DNA of 63,170 bases, counting the filler, from Craspedostauros australis (Eukaryota): assembly GCA_030167865.1 (NCBI GenBank). It is 13 parts of 13 records of this genome, joined end to end, with 100 filler letters (N's around TTAATTAATTAA, not from the genome) between each part and the next. Parts side by side here need not be neighbours in the genome. Positions count along the whole stretch, not along the records: positions 18,860 to 24,751 come from JALAGF010005862.1; positions 24,852 to 28,194 come from JALAGF010005863.1; positions 28,295 to 30,952 come from JALAGF010005864.1; positions 31,053 to 48,209 come from JALAGF010005865.1; 9 more parts are not named here. One strand, given 5' to 3'. The translations under genes and the position numbers were made by a program. Positions 23,562-35,636 of this stretch are shown one piece after another. The notes below the pieces were generated by a model. It was given only the letters and a program-made list of their open reading frames with translations. It was not told where the DNA came from and ran no database searches. Each line of letters opens with the position of its first letter. Positions within the stretch are counted from its first letter, which is position 1.

Positions 23562-24851
23562 GGTCGTGGCGGTCCGCATTACAACCCGCAACAAGTCTGG
23601 CATGGTTGGAATGTGGCGGCGTCTGCGCGGAAGCCAACGTGCGTGGTGATGAAGAATTTGGTCCCAGCTGGCATCAGGTGAGTGCCAATTATTGTCGATG
23701 TTGTTGCTGCTGTGTATGGTTGTGTTGTTCACTCGCGCAGCTGTGCATGACATGTGCGCGGCGCAGAGCAGACCAAAAAATCAGGAATGGAAAGCGTGCA
23801 CACAATAGGCGCATTGGAGGAGTACGACTTTCGGAGCTTGTGGGAACACCTGTCATTCACTCCTTCATTCTTTTCCATTTGTATTCTCACTTCAATTCAC
23901 ATCATACTCACAATCGAATCATTGTCTCATTGGTTGGCATGATATGATATGATACGAACTGCGCCCATTCTGTGGTACTGCTCGCACACACTCTCATCCC
24001 GAATGATGGACTNNNNNNNNNNNNNNNNNNNNNNNNNNNNNNNNNNNNNNNNNNNNNNNNNNTATTGTCGATGTTGTTGCTGCTGTGTATGGTTGTGTTG
24101 TTCACTCGCGCAGCTGTGCATGACATGTGCGCGGCGCAGAGCAGACCAAAAAATCAGGAATGGAAAGCGTGCACACAATAGGCGCATTGGAGGAGTACGA
24201 CTTTNNNNNNNNNNNNNNNNNNNNNNNNNNNNNNNNNNNNNNNNNNNNNNNNNNNNNNNNNNNNNNNNNNNNNNNNNNNNNNNNNNNNNNNNNNNNNNNN
24301 NNNNNNNTGGCATGATATGATATGATACGAACTGCGCCCATTCTGTGGTACTGCTCGCACACACTCTCATCCCGAATGATGGACTCCACTCCAACCATGT
24401 GTCTGAATTTCTGCAATATCATCTCGCTGGAGGGCGCGGTGCGCGAAAAGCGCACCAAACCACCCGAAGACTTCATCGCAGTCGCTGAGGATTTGATTTG
24501 GTCGGAAAAATGAAAAGCCAAAACATTGGTCATCCACGGCGGATCCGGCGGAGGATTGGTGGTGCGGATGCTTTCGTGATGCTCCTGAACTGTTCAGCGC
24601 GGTGCGTTGGGCAGTCGACCCATGTCATCAAGCGGTCAAAGATCTGCATTCGGACGATGCACCGATATGCGCGACGAATTTGGATCCGGACGCGTCCGAT
24701 TGGAGGTGTTCATGAAGTAGATGTCGCCGTACCACAACATCAAATAGGATCNNNNNNNNNNNNNNNNNNNNNNNNNNNNNNNNNNNNNNNNNNNNTTAAT
24801 TAATTAANNNNNNNNNNNNNNNNNNNNNNNNNNNNNNNNNNNNNNNNNNNN

Positions 24852-25166
24852 AAACGCAAGACTGTGGAATCGTACCGCAGGGAATGTAGAATAAGGATAT
24901 GCACAACAAGGTGCATGGCAAGAATGCCTTTGGATATGCACGACGATATGCATGACAAGGATGACTGCGAATGAGATCTCATGCATGCAAGCGATGATCC
25001 ATGATGATGAGATGCATGAATACAACAGTCTAACGCGATGCTGCTGCAGGAGATGCTACATGAGAAACGAAAGGCAAAGGAGCTGAAGAGAATGAGCTCA
25101 CAGTTCTGAATAGTACGATCTAACAACGAATTAGTTCTTACTAACACTAACCCCGGATTTCCAACA
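24852..25166 (-). mobile_element. LTR-like family B terminus inserted in the LRR gene
   Basis: Minus strand begins TGTTGGAAATCCGGGG at 25166, identical to the starts at 51834 and 56403. It also shares GAACYGTGAG about 60 bp inside. Confidence 0.75.
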
Positions 25167-26362
25167 AGCATCTCCCCAAACAGGGCCAGTGGTCGCGACC
25201 ATGTCGGAAGGGAACCCAGCACTGCTCTCACCTTGTTGCGATGATTTCGCCGGAAGATACGTTTAACAAGTGCATTGTACCAATGGACATGTTTGTCAGG
25301 CAGGATTGGAGAAATGTCGAGATAGGTGAGTTGGGTAGTCTGCTCCAAGGCTTGCTGAAGTGCTTCCATTTGTGCCGAGAGGATCTTGGGCGGAATCTCG
25401 AACATGCTGGGAGTACCATCAGCAGAGTATCTGAGAGAAGACAAGCTCTTGTTTCCCAGGAGCGAGATCAATGCGTCGAACCTTGTCATCTGCTCTTGTT
25501 GCGATGACCCTTCCCAAATACCGAAAACACCAAGCTCCTTCAGGTGTGATGAATCTGAAAGGAGTTGCATGATCTGGTCGATTTCTTGTTGTGAGTAGAT
25601 TGAGTGGGCGCTGTGGACCAGACCGAAATTGATGTTGAGCTTGTTGATGCGCTTGGTTGACTGGAATAGCTTTGCCAAGCTATCGCAAGTGACTCGGGTG
25701 TCAAAAAAGGATACTTCAGTGACGCTGCAATTGTTTGGAGACAGCCACCTGCACAAATCAGCGCCCCCATTGGCGAGCTTGCAGAAACTAAAGTCAACGT
25801 ATTTGGAGTTATGGGAGATGTTGAACATGAGCTTGTCGCAATCAACAAGATCACAATGCCACAACTCCACACGATGTGTCACAAGAGGGATATCATGGAG
25901 CTGCTTCATCTCCACGAAGTATTGAGTCAAGTCGATGCCTGTGTCGAATGAATATTTGAGTGGATGTTTGGCAGCCACTCGGAGTACGAAGCGAATCACT
26001 TGCTTGTCTTCTTCTCCGAATTGGTCAATGGTGCCGAATTCCACAGCCAGGGATCTAATGTACATCTGCTCGTGGCCCTGGTGCAACAAAGTGTTCAGTA
26101 GAACACGAGGTGACAAAGTAACGTTCTTGTGCCGCTTCACCATCGATTTCAAGTCATCAAAAGTGAATCCTGATTTGATGGCCATGTCCCAGTGTTCCTT
26201 CCGCTTGGGTGTGACACTGTAGCAGTCGATCTGCTTTGCTGTTGAGCACTGCGCGTTGAACACGGTCTTCGATGACAGCTCTTTGCCATGGAGCTGTTTC
26301 CAGAATGCCTCGAAGTGAGGGTCATGGTTGGTGTTGGCGACATCATCCATGGTGCAGTTCAT
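25167..26362 (-). CDS. RNI-like leucine-rich repeat protein, 3' end interrupted by LTR-like insertion
   Basis: LRR-like periodicity (SVTEVSF, INKLNI, HLKELGV, SLSSLRY, ALEQTTQLTYLDI) and RIFRRN...SLP tail, as in diatom RNI-like families. The frame runs into the repeat after GEML. Confidence 0.6.
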
Positions 26363-28025
26363 CCTTTTCTTGTTGTCACTGTCGTCGCAGTTGTTACGGC
26401 TGATGCCGATTGTTGCTGATTATTGTTGATTGTGGCACAATCGTATGAGTAGAGCTGACAGAGTAGGCAGAGTATGTAGAGTAGGTATGTGGTCCCAAAT
26501 CAGTTGCGCTTGGATGGCGATTGTGAGCTCATTTGCTCAAGTTTGCTGNNNNNNNNNNNNNNNNNNNNNNNNNNNNNNNNNNNNNNNNNNNNNNNNNNTC
26601 CGCTTGGGTGTGACACTGTAGCAGTCGATCTGCTTTGCTGTTGAGCACTGCGCGTTGAACACGGTCTTCGATGACAGCTCTTTGCCATGGAGCTGTTTCC
26701 AGAATGCCTCGAAGTGAGGGTCATGGTTGGTGTTGGCGACATCATCCATGGTGCAGTTCATCCTTTTCTTGTTGTCACTGTCGTCGCAGTTGTTACGGCT
26801 GATGCCGATTGTTGCTGATTATTGTTGATTGTGGCACAATCGTATGAGTAGAGCTGACAGAGTAGGCAGAGTATGTAGAGTAGGTATGTGGTCCCAAATC
26901 AGTTGCGCTTGGATGGCGATTGTGAGCTCATTTGCTCAAGTTTGCTGTCCTCCATATCATGATCCTGTACATTGATCACGAAGCAACGTGTCGTCAGTCA
27001 ACACACCTTCATGGACTTGCGCAGTTCCACCACTGTGTCTGGTATGGTGTGGTGTGGTGTGATACGACCGTGGACAGCCACATCACAACCCGAAGCTGGC
27101 TAGCTCGCTCGCTTGCACGATACGATCTTCGATGGTGCCCAACTTGTCCACGCTGTGCAGTTGTGCCTCTTCATGTGTTACCATAGTTCGTGTAATATGA
27201 GTACATCCCTCTGTGATGGTCTTGGGGGAGTCAACCGCGATACTACACATACTCCGATCGATACAGTTCTTCGGCAGTTGGATGTCATCGAAAGACTGCG
27301 GTGAGCGGATCCACGATGTGAGAAATCCACGATGCGAAGAATCCTCCACGATGATTTCTTCCGTGGAAATCAGAGGGGTTTCTCGCGTTTCGTCGAGAGG
27401 GTGATGACGATGAGGATGGTGACACCATTCGTGTTTCAATTCACAACAAAACGTATCCAGGACTCATCTCGCTTCACACAATCATTGCGAATTCTGTGGC
27501 GAATGAATCAACCATCAGTCTTCCCATCAACACAGAGCGTGTGTGAGAGGATTCGTTCTGTGGCGATGACGATGACGATGGCCATGGTGGTGCTTCTGCA
27601 GACATCACTGCAGAATACTGATACAGATCGTCACAACCACAACGGTCACATGATGATCACCGTTGCCATCAAGCGTCTATCCACAGAGTATGTATATCAA
27701 TACTCTCTCTCTCGCTTCTCTCTGTTTCTGGAGAGAGACTTCGAACACTGTCGGCTGGTTGACTTGGTTCCTCACTCATTGATCGCCCAATCGCGGAGAC
27801 AGCCACAACCAGAAGAATCACAGCAACGGCAGCATTGGCAGCAATGACACCAACGACGTGGTTGAGGCATCAATAGAGGATGATTGGTGCCATCTACATT
27901 GCGTGCATGTTGGTGGCAACGGACTCACTGTCATCACCATCCCCGTCATCCTCACTCCAACGCAGAAGCGAAGCAGTAGCAGAAGAAGCAATGGGAGTGG
28001 GAGTGGGAACCGCCAACCAATATAG

Positions 28026-28166
28026 AAGATTGCCGTGATCGACGGTGGCATCGCCGGTCTCTTCTTGGCGCATGGTTTCGAGAACAACAGCAATACCGAC
28101 ACCAACGACAACAACGTCGCTTGGAAGGAATCATCCGAGGCCGAGCGTATCCAGCAACAGATGTGA
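28026..28166 (+). pseudogene. Fragment of FAD-dependent oxidoreductase N-terminus
   Basis: KIAVIDGGIAGLFLAHG is a Rossmann GxGxxG motif with the first Gly replaced by Asp. It is bounded by stop codons. Confidence 0.35.
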
Positions 28167-28294
28167 CAGCAGATCGATGGTGCCAAGATCCCCANNNNNN
28201 NNNNNNNNNNNNNNNNNNNNNNNNNNNNNNNNNNNNNNTTAATTAATTAANNNNNNNNNNNNNNNNNNNNNNNNNNNNNNNNNNNNNNNNNNNN

Positions 28295-30125
28295 GATGTT
28301 GCCAACGGAGCTTGCACGTCGACCACTCTTGTCGGCCGTGGATTGGGCGTCGATCTTCTGGAACTCGCGGGCCAATGCTGCGGCATCCATGCGTCTGGCC
28401 GGTACGTGGATGCTCATGGTCTGTGCAACACGTGCGGCGAATGCGGTGCGGTATCTCTTTGCCTGTTGTTTGTTGTAGATGTAGACTGCGATGGCGACTG
28501 CGATGAGGAAGAAGAGGACGCTGCCGATGGTGAATCCAGCGATGACTCCTGCCTTGACGGGTGTGGTTGGCTCTTGGTATGGGTTTGTGGCGCAGTTGGG
28601 GTCGAACTGTGTTGTTCATGCATTGATTGATTGATTGATTGATTGATTGGTGGAATGCATGGAGGGAAGGGAGAGATAGCAAATGAAAGAAGATCGAGAA
28701 TGTGTGAGAGAGAAAGCAGTGGCAGATTTGTGAGGACAAAAGGATCGCCGATGCCAACTGCACTGCAAAAATAAAGCCTTGGCATCTGTAGAATACAGAA
28801 TAGATGTACTTGCCTCACACCATTGCTCCTCTGATGGGTAAACGCCAGTGAGCGAAGTGTTGGTCATGGGCACCTCGANNNNNNNNNNNNNNNNNNNNNN
28901 NNNNNNGTCGTAGTCGCTCCTGATGCCTGCAATGAACTCGTCCTCTGTGATGCGCTGGCTGTGGCAGCTAAAGAAAGAGTACAACTCGGAGCGGTAGTAA
29001 AGAGAAGTAATCTCTCTTTGAGAATTGCAGGCTGCATCGAGGCATGTGATTGTGGTCACGAGGGTGAAGTGGCTCTGACCNNNNNNNNNNNNNNNNNNNN
29101 NNNNNNNNNNNNNNNNNNNNNNNNNNNNNNGCCAGTGAGCGAAGTGTTGGTCATGGGCACCTCGATGCGTAATGCTTCAGGGACAGCGAACTCGTCGTAG
29201 TCGCTCCTGATGCCTGCAATGAACTCGTCCTCTGTGATGCGCTGGCTGTGGCAGCTAAAGAAAGAGTACAACTCGGAGCGGTAGTAAAGAGAAGTAATCT
29301 CTCTTTGAGAATTGCAGGCTGCATCGAGGCATGTGATTGTGGTCACGAGGGTGAAGTGGCTCTGACCCGCCACGTCTCCCTTGGTTATAGTTGTGTCATT
29401 TCCAACCATGTATGTGATCGTGTTTTCTTCACCCTCCTGGGGGCGAGAGGAAACCAGGTTGCTTTGATAGGGCAAGGTGATGAGTCTCCCATCTAGCTCA
29501 AAGGTTGACGTTCCAAAGACGTCCACGGCCGTCGCCAGCCCAATCGTACCGACCTCTGGTGCTGGGGCATTGATGCTGTATCGATGAACAAGTGATCTTG
29601 TCCCTGAGTATGTGTAGTTGCTGTACAGCCTTGATGGGAACCCAGCCGTCAAGATGGTCCCTAGTCCAGTGATGGGGGTTGCTTCCACCACGAGAGGTTG
29701 GGAGTCTGGTCCGTAAGCGTACGAATCACAGACGTAGAATCCAGCAAAGGCGGGCTTGAGAGACAGCGAGAAAGAGAGAAAGAAGCAAAAGTATGCGATT
29801 GATATGCATGGGGATATGCCAAACAGCAAATTGGCCACGTACCGGACAATAGGAAGAAAGATGAGGTGAGGCGAGGCGAGGACGAAGGGGGTGGGCAGTA
29901 TTGGCAGAGGTGCGAGCATAATCATGCCCCCCTCGTTGCGTTGCGAAGACGTACCGAGATTCCTGGCTGATCGGCAATGTCATACTTGGCATCATCCTTG
30001 TAGCGAGGATCTGAATCAGAAAGGCAGGGGTCGCGCCATGGATTGCCGCAATTGGCACCAGCCACCATGTTGCCCGTCATGGCAGCGGCGATGGTGATGC
30101 TTGCGAAGAGGAAGCGAGAGGTCAT
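28295..30125 (-). CDS. Three-exon type-I membrane protein (signal peptide, luminal domain, TM, possible EF-hand-like tail); 3' truncated
   Basis: Exon 1 (30125-29955) MTSRFLFASITIAAAM...CGNPWRDPC. GT-AG intron 29954-29755. Exon 2 PAFAGFYVCD...PSEEQWCE. GC-AG intron 28813-28607. Exon 3 FDPNCATNPYQEP..VKAGVIAGFTIGSVLFLIAVAIAVYIY...LAREFQKID. All joins are in frame. Confidence 0.75.
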
Positions 30126-31052
30126 GCTGAATTCGTTGATCTCGTGGAGGCTGAATTTCTGGCCAGATCAGAATTTGTGATAGCATCGGCAGCTCGTTTC
30201 CCAGCTGCGGAGCTTCAATGCGCCTTGCCTGCAACTTGTTGCGGTCTTGATGTGGTTCGTCAGTTGCGGCTGCGGTTGCGGCTGCCGCCATCAATGTGCT
30301 CCAACGCCCATCAGGCTAATAGCGCGTACACACACATACACACACGCGTCTGTGCGAGCAGTGCAGAACGGTGCAGCACAGACCAGGCACCCATCACGAG
30401 GAGAAATTGAATCACCAAATCCGTGCCCACTGTTCTCATTTCCCCTGTGTTCAACACCTCGTCATGGTGGGACATAGTGTCAGCTCTCTCCCAGTCAGTG
30501 CTCGCGCTCCTTGAAGACTGAACAAGCGGGGAAGAGACAAGACCGGACAAAGTTCCGGCAATCATTGAGCTTTCCCACCTCGAATGCACAGTCGTTCTGG
30601 GATGTGTCACTGGAACACCAAGCCGCACATTCACCTCTGTGCCGATGTTTGTCACCTCACATCAGAAACCGTGATTCGTGAACACAAGAATAGATGGGGT
30701 TAGGGCGGCAAAATAGTATTATTTAACGTTTGCAGGTAGTTGATGGTGGCTTCGCCTTCGTCGTGTTGGTCGTGCTTGAGTTCCCGAGTTGGATTCGCGC
30801 GCTGTTTGCTGACACGAACCGGTGAGAAAATCCTTGCAAACCGCCGGTTTCGATATAACCATTTGATACAGTTCGAGGAAATTCACGAACCAGCCAAGTG
30901 AATTTCCTCATTTTTACTTTTTTGTTGTTCTTGATGCCAAATGATGAGACCANNNNNNNNNNNNNNNNNNNNNNNNNNNNNNNNNNNNNNNNNNNNTTAA
31001 TTAATTAANNNNNNNNNNNNNNNNNNNNNNNNNNNNNNNNNNNNNNNNNNNN

Positions 31053-32299
31053 AAAGATACAGCTCCATTTGGTGATGCCATTGGTTTTTGGGGGGCACCC
31101 ACCAACAACAACCATTCGTCGGATATGGTGGGGTGCCGCCTCTTGTAGGCCGTCTCCGCGGCGCAAACTTCGCGAGGTGAATCTTCCATTGATTCCGCAC
31201 GCATCTTGTATGGGTGGCTTGGCAATTGTGTGAGTTGGCGATGGTGCCCTGCACAGCCAAAGCCACATGATGGAAACCCCCACAACACACCGCGAAAATT
31301 GTTTGCCCTCCACCTTTTCCTCCGCGCGGACGGCTTCCCAGTCCTCCCCGAGCCTGAAACTTCGTGGGCATCTTGGTTGTGGCCTCCGGAGCCATCCTGT
31401 CCATCCATAGGCGTTGGCATGGGCTGTGGATGGAGTACACCGGCCATATGCAACGAGGAAATCTGGCGCGAAATTGTGACGTTTGATCTGGGGACTGCGA
31501 TGGCCCCAAATCAAGCGCACTCGCGGCCCCCTCTCGTCCACCCACCAACGGTTGCATTGCGGTGACGGTGATGCGCTTGGATTTGTCATTGGACTGCTGG
31601 TTGGTGCGGCGCATTGATTGCCGTTGGACGGCCATTGTGGCGTTTTTTGGTGTTTTGCCATTGTCATGTTGTTGGTTTTTGGAGTTTGGCACTCTCAACC
31701 AGTCGGACATACTGGGGGATAAGGTAATTGCAAACACCTAACCAAATGCACGAAAGAAGCATGACACAAAACACTTCCGGAGTACCAATGCAACTCGACC
31801 ATTCCGTCACGACGAAACGTTGCTCATGCTGCTTCACATCGTGCTATGATTGGTGGTTCATGACGCAGCAGCCAGTCTGGTGACGTACATGACGGATCAG
31901 ACAAGCACAGGGTAGAATGGATGCAAATGCGCACTCGCCGCTTCTCCCAAAACTCTACAACTAGTGCTATCGTGGACGGGGTGTTGGATGGTCTGATCGG
32001 AACACCTCAAAGAGAGACCAAACAATTCAAAATGGGAACAACCTTGCTGAAACGAAGAACAGCAAAGGGTTAAGTTGGGTCGATGTAGTCGTAGACGAAA
32101 GGCTGAAACCCGAGAGAGATCGAAAATTGCGCATATCCATCGGTCCATAAAACTTAAAATAGGATCTAACTCAAAAATGTAATGGTTAATTATTTGTATT
32201 AGACCTACAGGGATTACGAATATGTTCTTGGTTGGGATATCCAAGCTAAAATTTCTGGAGGCCAATAACGGAGTGCAGGTCGACTCACTGATCGGGCTC
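31053..32299. mobile_element. Dispersed repeat, copy 2, ending CTC followed by TTAA
   Basis: Near-identical to the 19010-20654 segment. Terminus ...GATCGGGCTC at 32299, then TTAA at 32300-32303. Confidence 0.8.
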
Positions 32300-32474
32300 T
32301 TAACTCGAGCGATATTGCGTTCGCGCCAAAACTGTGCTTTTGATTTGGACACGTTCGGTTTGATTCGTGCTGAAGAACATCACATTTGCTGATGCCTCTG
32401 TCGACACATCACCTCCTTCCGGTTTTTGGTACCCGCATGACAGATTTCCTCCACACTGCACTTGATGCTATACT

Positions 32475-35205
32475 TGTCGAGATGTACATGTGAGTATATG
32501 TCGAGATGTACATGTATATGTGCATCGTTCACCCGCTATTCTCTCATACGCACTTGGACGGTACAACTACATTAGTTTTGATAGTATAATGTGATTCTTC
32601 AGAATTACAGCGGAAATGGAACACACGAAAATGAGCAGAATTTCTGGAGGAAATTTGCAATCGACGATTTCTGAGAGAATTAGAAACATCGTCCGTCATC
32701 CATCAATGGAGACGTATGGTACCAAGCAAATCTTGAGGTACCTCCCAACTAAACCTCAGATGACAATATCATCTGACAGACCACTGCATCACCAATGGAA
32801 CATGACACCTGGAGAGCAGAAGGATGCCTACTGATGTCGACAGGATGTCATCGTGTCACCATGTTGACATCTGTCTCTAAGTCAGAGCAGGAGGCGAAGA
32901 TCCGATGACCGAAGGGCATCAAGATCATGGATACAGGAGATGAACTTCAAATGGTAAGTACTCATGGAGTAGGAGCCAGTACTGAATGAATGGAGTGTTG
33001 AATGCAGAGTACGCATTGAACATGGAGTATCACGTAGCACAAAGTACACAATACTAAGACAGAGAGAGAGAATACAGAGAGCAGCAAGAGAGCATCTTGC
33101 ACACTGACTCATAGTCAGAGACTGAATCTACAAAACAGATTGAAGCACCAAGAGCATCAGGCAAGAGAACAAACAGACACCAAGAGGATCGGAGCAGCCA
33201 AGTAATGAAATAGCAAACAAACAACTATCAACCAACACCATCTTCCACGATCGTAGGTTTCCAATCACGGAACTTGCCAACACGTTTATAAACGATAGAT
33301 CAGGGCAAGCCCGTGGATTGGATCGTGCGAGGAAGACGAACATCATTCAAGAGCAACAGGCTGAATGAGCGAGGAAGAGGAATTGAAAGACATCCCTCTG
33401 TCCCAACTGGCTATCAAGCAAGAAGAAGGTGCGAGCGAGACTCGACCTCAACAAGAGAAGGAAGCAGCCACGGCTACTGCCCTATCAGGCGCAGAGGCAA
33501 GCGCAATCGACGAGACCGAAGAGGAACGGTCTGCAAGACTACACCGCGAGGAGAAGAGGATTCTCAAGGCGGCCAAGCAAGAGGAGACTGGCGTGACGGA
33601 GAGCATTCGCACAGCCAAACAGAGTGGGAAAAGTGAGACACCACCAGGAGGAGAATTTGTGAGCAAATCCATCTCCGCGAAACAACAAGCGAAAATCGAA
33701 GAATTGACAACACAGAAACAGACGGAAATCAAGGGCGCGAGCGCACCAACGACAAATCAACAAGACAAGATGGCAACATCAGCCAACACGAACAAGCAAC
33801 GCATCAAGGCGCCGATGTTCAGCGGTGAACAGGAAGACTACAGCGCATGGGAGTCCCAAGCGAAGGCATACGCTCGTGCACAGAAGACGAGAGACGTGAT
33901 GTTGGGCAAGACCAAGGTGCCAACAATGAGCGAGATTGCAGCAGCTACCGAAACAGACAGGGGAGCACTGGAGGAAACCCACAAGCTGGCAGGCGACTGC
34001 TTCAGCGATCTGATCCTCATGATGGATGCAGAGAAGGGAAAGAGCAAGCAAGCCATCCAGTACATCAACCAATGCGTCTCTGACGACTACCCCGAAGGAG
34101 ATCCACACGCAGCGTGGAACGTTCTCGCGGAGAAGTTCCGTCCATCCGACGCAGCAACGAAGATCAAACTCAGTGAAGACACCGATCAAGGTCCGTGTGG
34201 ACAACATTGGAGCGATCTTCATCGCCAAGAACCCATCAACATCCCAACAATCGCGGCACATCGACGTGCGCCATCACTACATGAGGAACATGGTAATCAA
34301 CAAGACCATCGAAATCATTTTCGTCAAATCCGAGCAGAACACAAGCGACGGATTCACCAAGAACATCAAGGCCGACTTACAACGTGAACATGAGAAGTTG
34401 TACCTTGACACATCGAGAACATTCGAATGACCGAATGCACACAGGAAGGGTGTCGAGATGTACGTGTATATGTGCATCGTTCACCCGCTATTCTCTCATA
34501 CGCACTTGGACGGTATAACTACACTCGTGTCAATNNNNNNNNNNNNNNNNNNNNNNNNNNNNNNNNNNNNNNNNNNNNNNNNNNNNNNNNNNNNNNNNNN
34601 NNNNNNNNNNNNNNNNNNNNNNNNNNNNNNNNNNNNNNNNNNNNNNNNNNNNNNNNNNNNNNNNNNNNNNNNNNNNNNNNNNNNNNNNNNNNNGACAGGC
34701 TGCTGCATCACCAATGGAACATGACATCTGGAGAGCAGAAGGACGCCTACTGACGTCGACAGGATGTCATCATGTCATCACGTTGACATCTGTTTCCAAG
34801 TCAGAGCAGGAGGCGAAGATCCGATGACCCATGAAGATCATGGATACTGAAGGTGAACTTCAAATGGTAAGTACTCATGGAGTAGGAGCCAGTACTGAAT
34901 GAACGGAGTGTCGAATGCGGAGTACGCATCAAACACGGAGTATCGTGTAGTACAAAATACACGATACTAAGACAGAGAGAGAGAGAGAGAGAGAATACAG
35001 AGAGGAGCGAGAGAGGATCTCGCGTACCGACTCATAGTCGGAGACCGAATCTACGAAACAGATTGAAGCGCCGAGAGCATCGGACAAGACAACTGGTGTA
35101 CACCGAGAGGATTGGAGTAACCAACTAATGAAATAGCAAATGAACAACTATCAACCAACACCATCTTCCACGATCGTAGGTTACCGTGAGCGGAACTTGC
35201 CAACA
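32475..35205 (+). mobile_element. Internally deleted Ty1/copia element (LTR family A): 5' LTR 32475-33282, gag/RNaseH remnant, PPT, 3' LTR 34451-35205
   Basis: Both LTRs run TGTCGAGATGTAC...GGAACTTGCCAACA. Purine tract AGGAAGGG lies immediately before the 3' LTR. The internal region is only about 1.2 kb. Confidence 0.9.
33365..34430 (+). pseudogene. Copia gag N-terminus joined out of frame to RNase H C-terminus
   Basis: APMFSGEQEDYSAWESQAKAY...GDPHAAWNVLAEKF (gag) switches at about 34175 to PIKVRVDNIGAIFIAKN...RHIDVRHHY...NTSDGFTK (RNase H). Confidence 0.88.
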
Positions 35206-35411
35206 CACTTGGGTGCATGCTGCATGTTGCGATTTTTTCATGGCGCATGTCTTGGATGCTGGGTGATGCATTGCAAGATCTGCCTTGCGTTGGAGTGTGG
35301 TACGAATAGTGACGCGGACTGATGGATGTCCTGCGCTTGCGTCCGTTGCATATTATGGGAGGTGCGGCAATCTAGGGTGCTATGACATAGTCGCACCTTC
35401 GATTCCTGACA
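35206..35411 (+). mobile_element. LTR-like family B right end
   Basis: TATTATGGGAGGTGCGGCAATCTAGG...ACATAGTCGCACC..CGATTCCTGACA is nearly identical to 57460-57520 and related to 52582-52626. Confidence 0.7.
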
Positions 35412-35636
35412 GATGGAAAGTAGTCTGTTCTTCAGTGAACTTCAACTAGCAGTATCGTACTCGAAGAGTATCCGTACGAGTATTGTATTGCATTATGTTG
35501 CATTGCGCCATGTCTGTTCCTACGTATGAGTAAGGATGAGCTGACAATCCATGATCATTCATTTCTAATTGCTACCTAATGCTGTTCAGATCAACACTTC
35601 CTTGGAGTACTCTACTCTGTGCTTCCACATGTTTCC

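Noticed and set aside
26599..26947. Second copy of the LRR gene 5' end
   Set aside because: It is the duplicated flank of the 26549-26598 gap.
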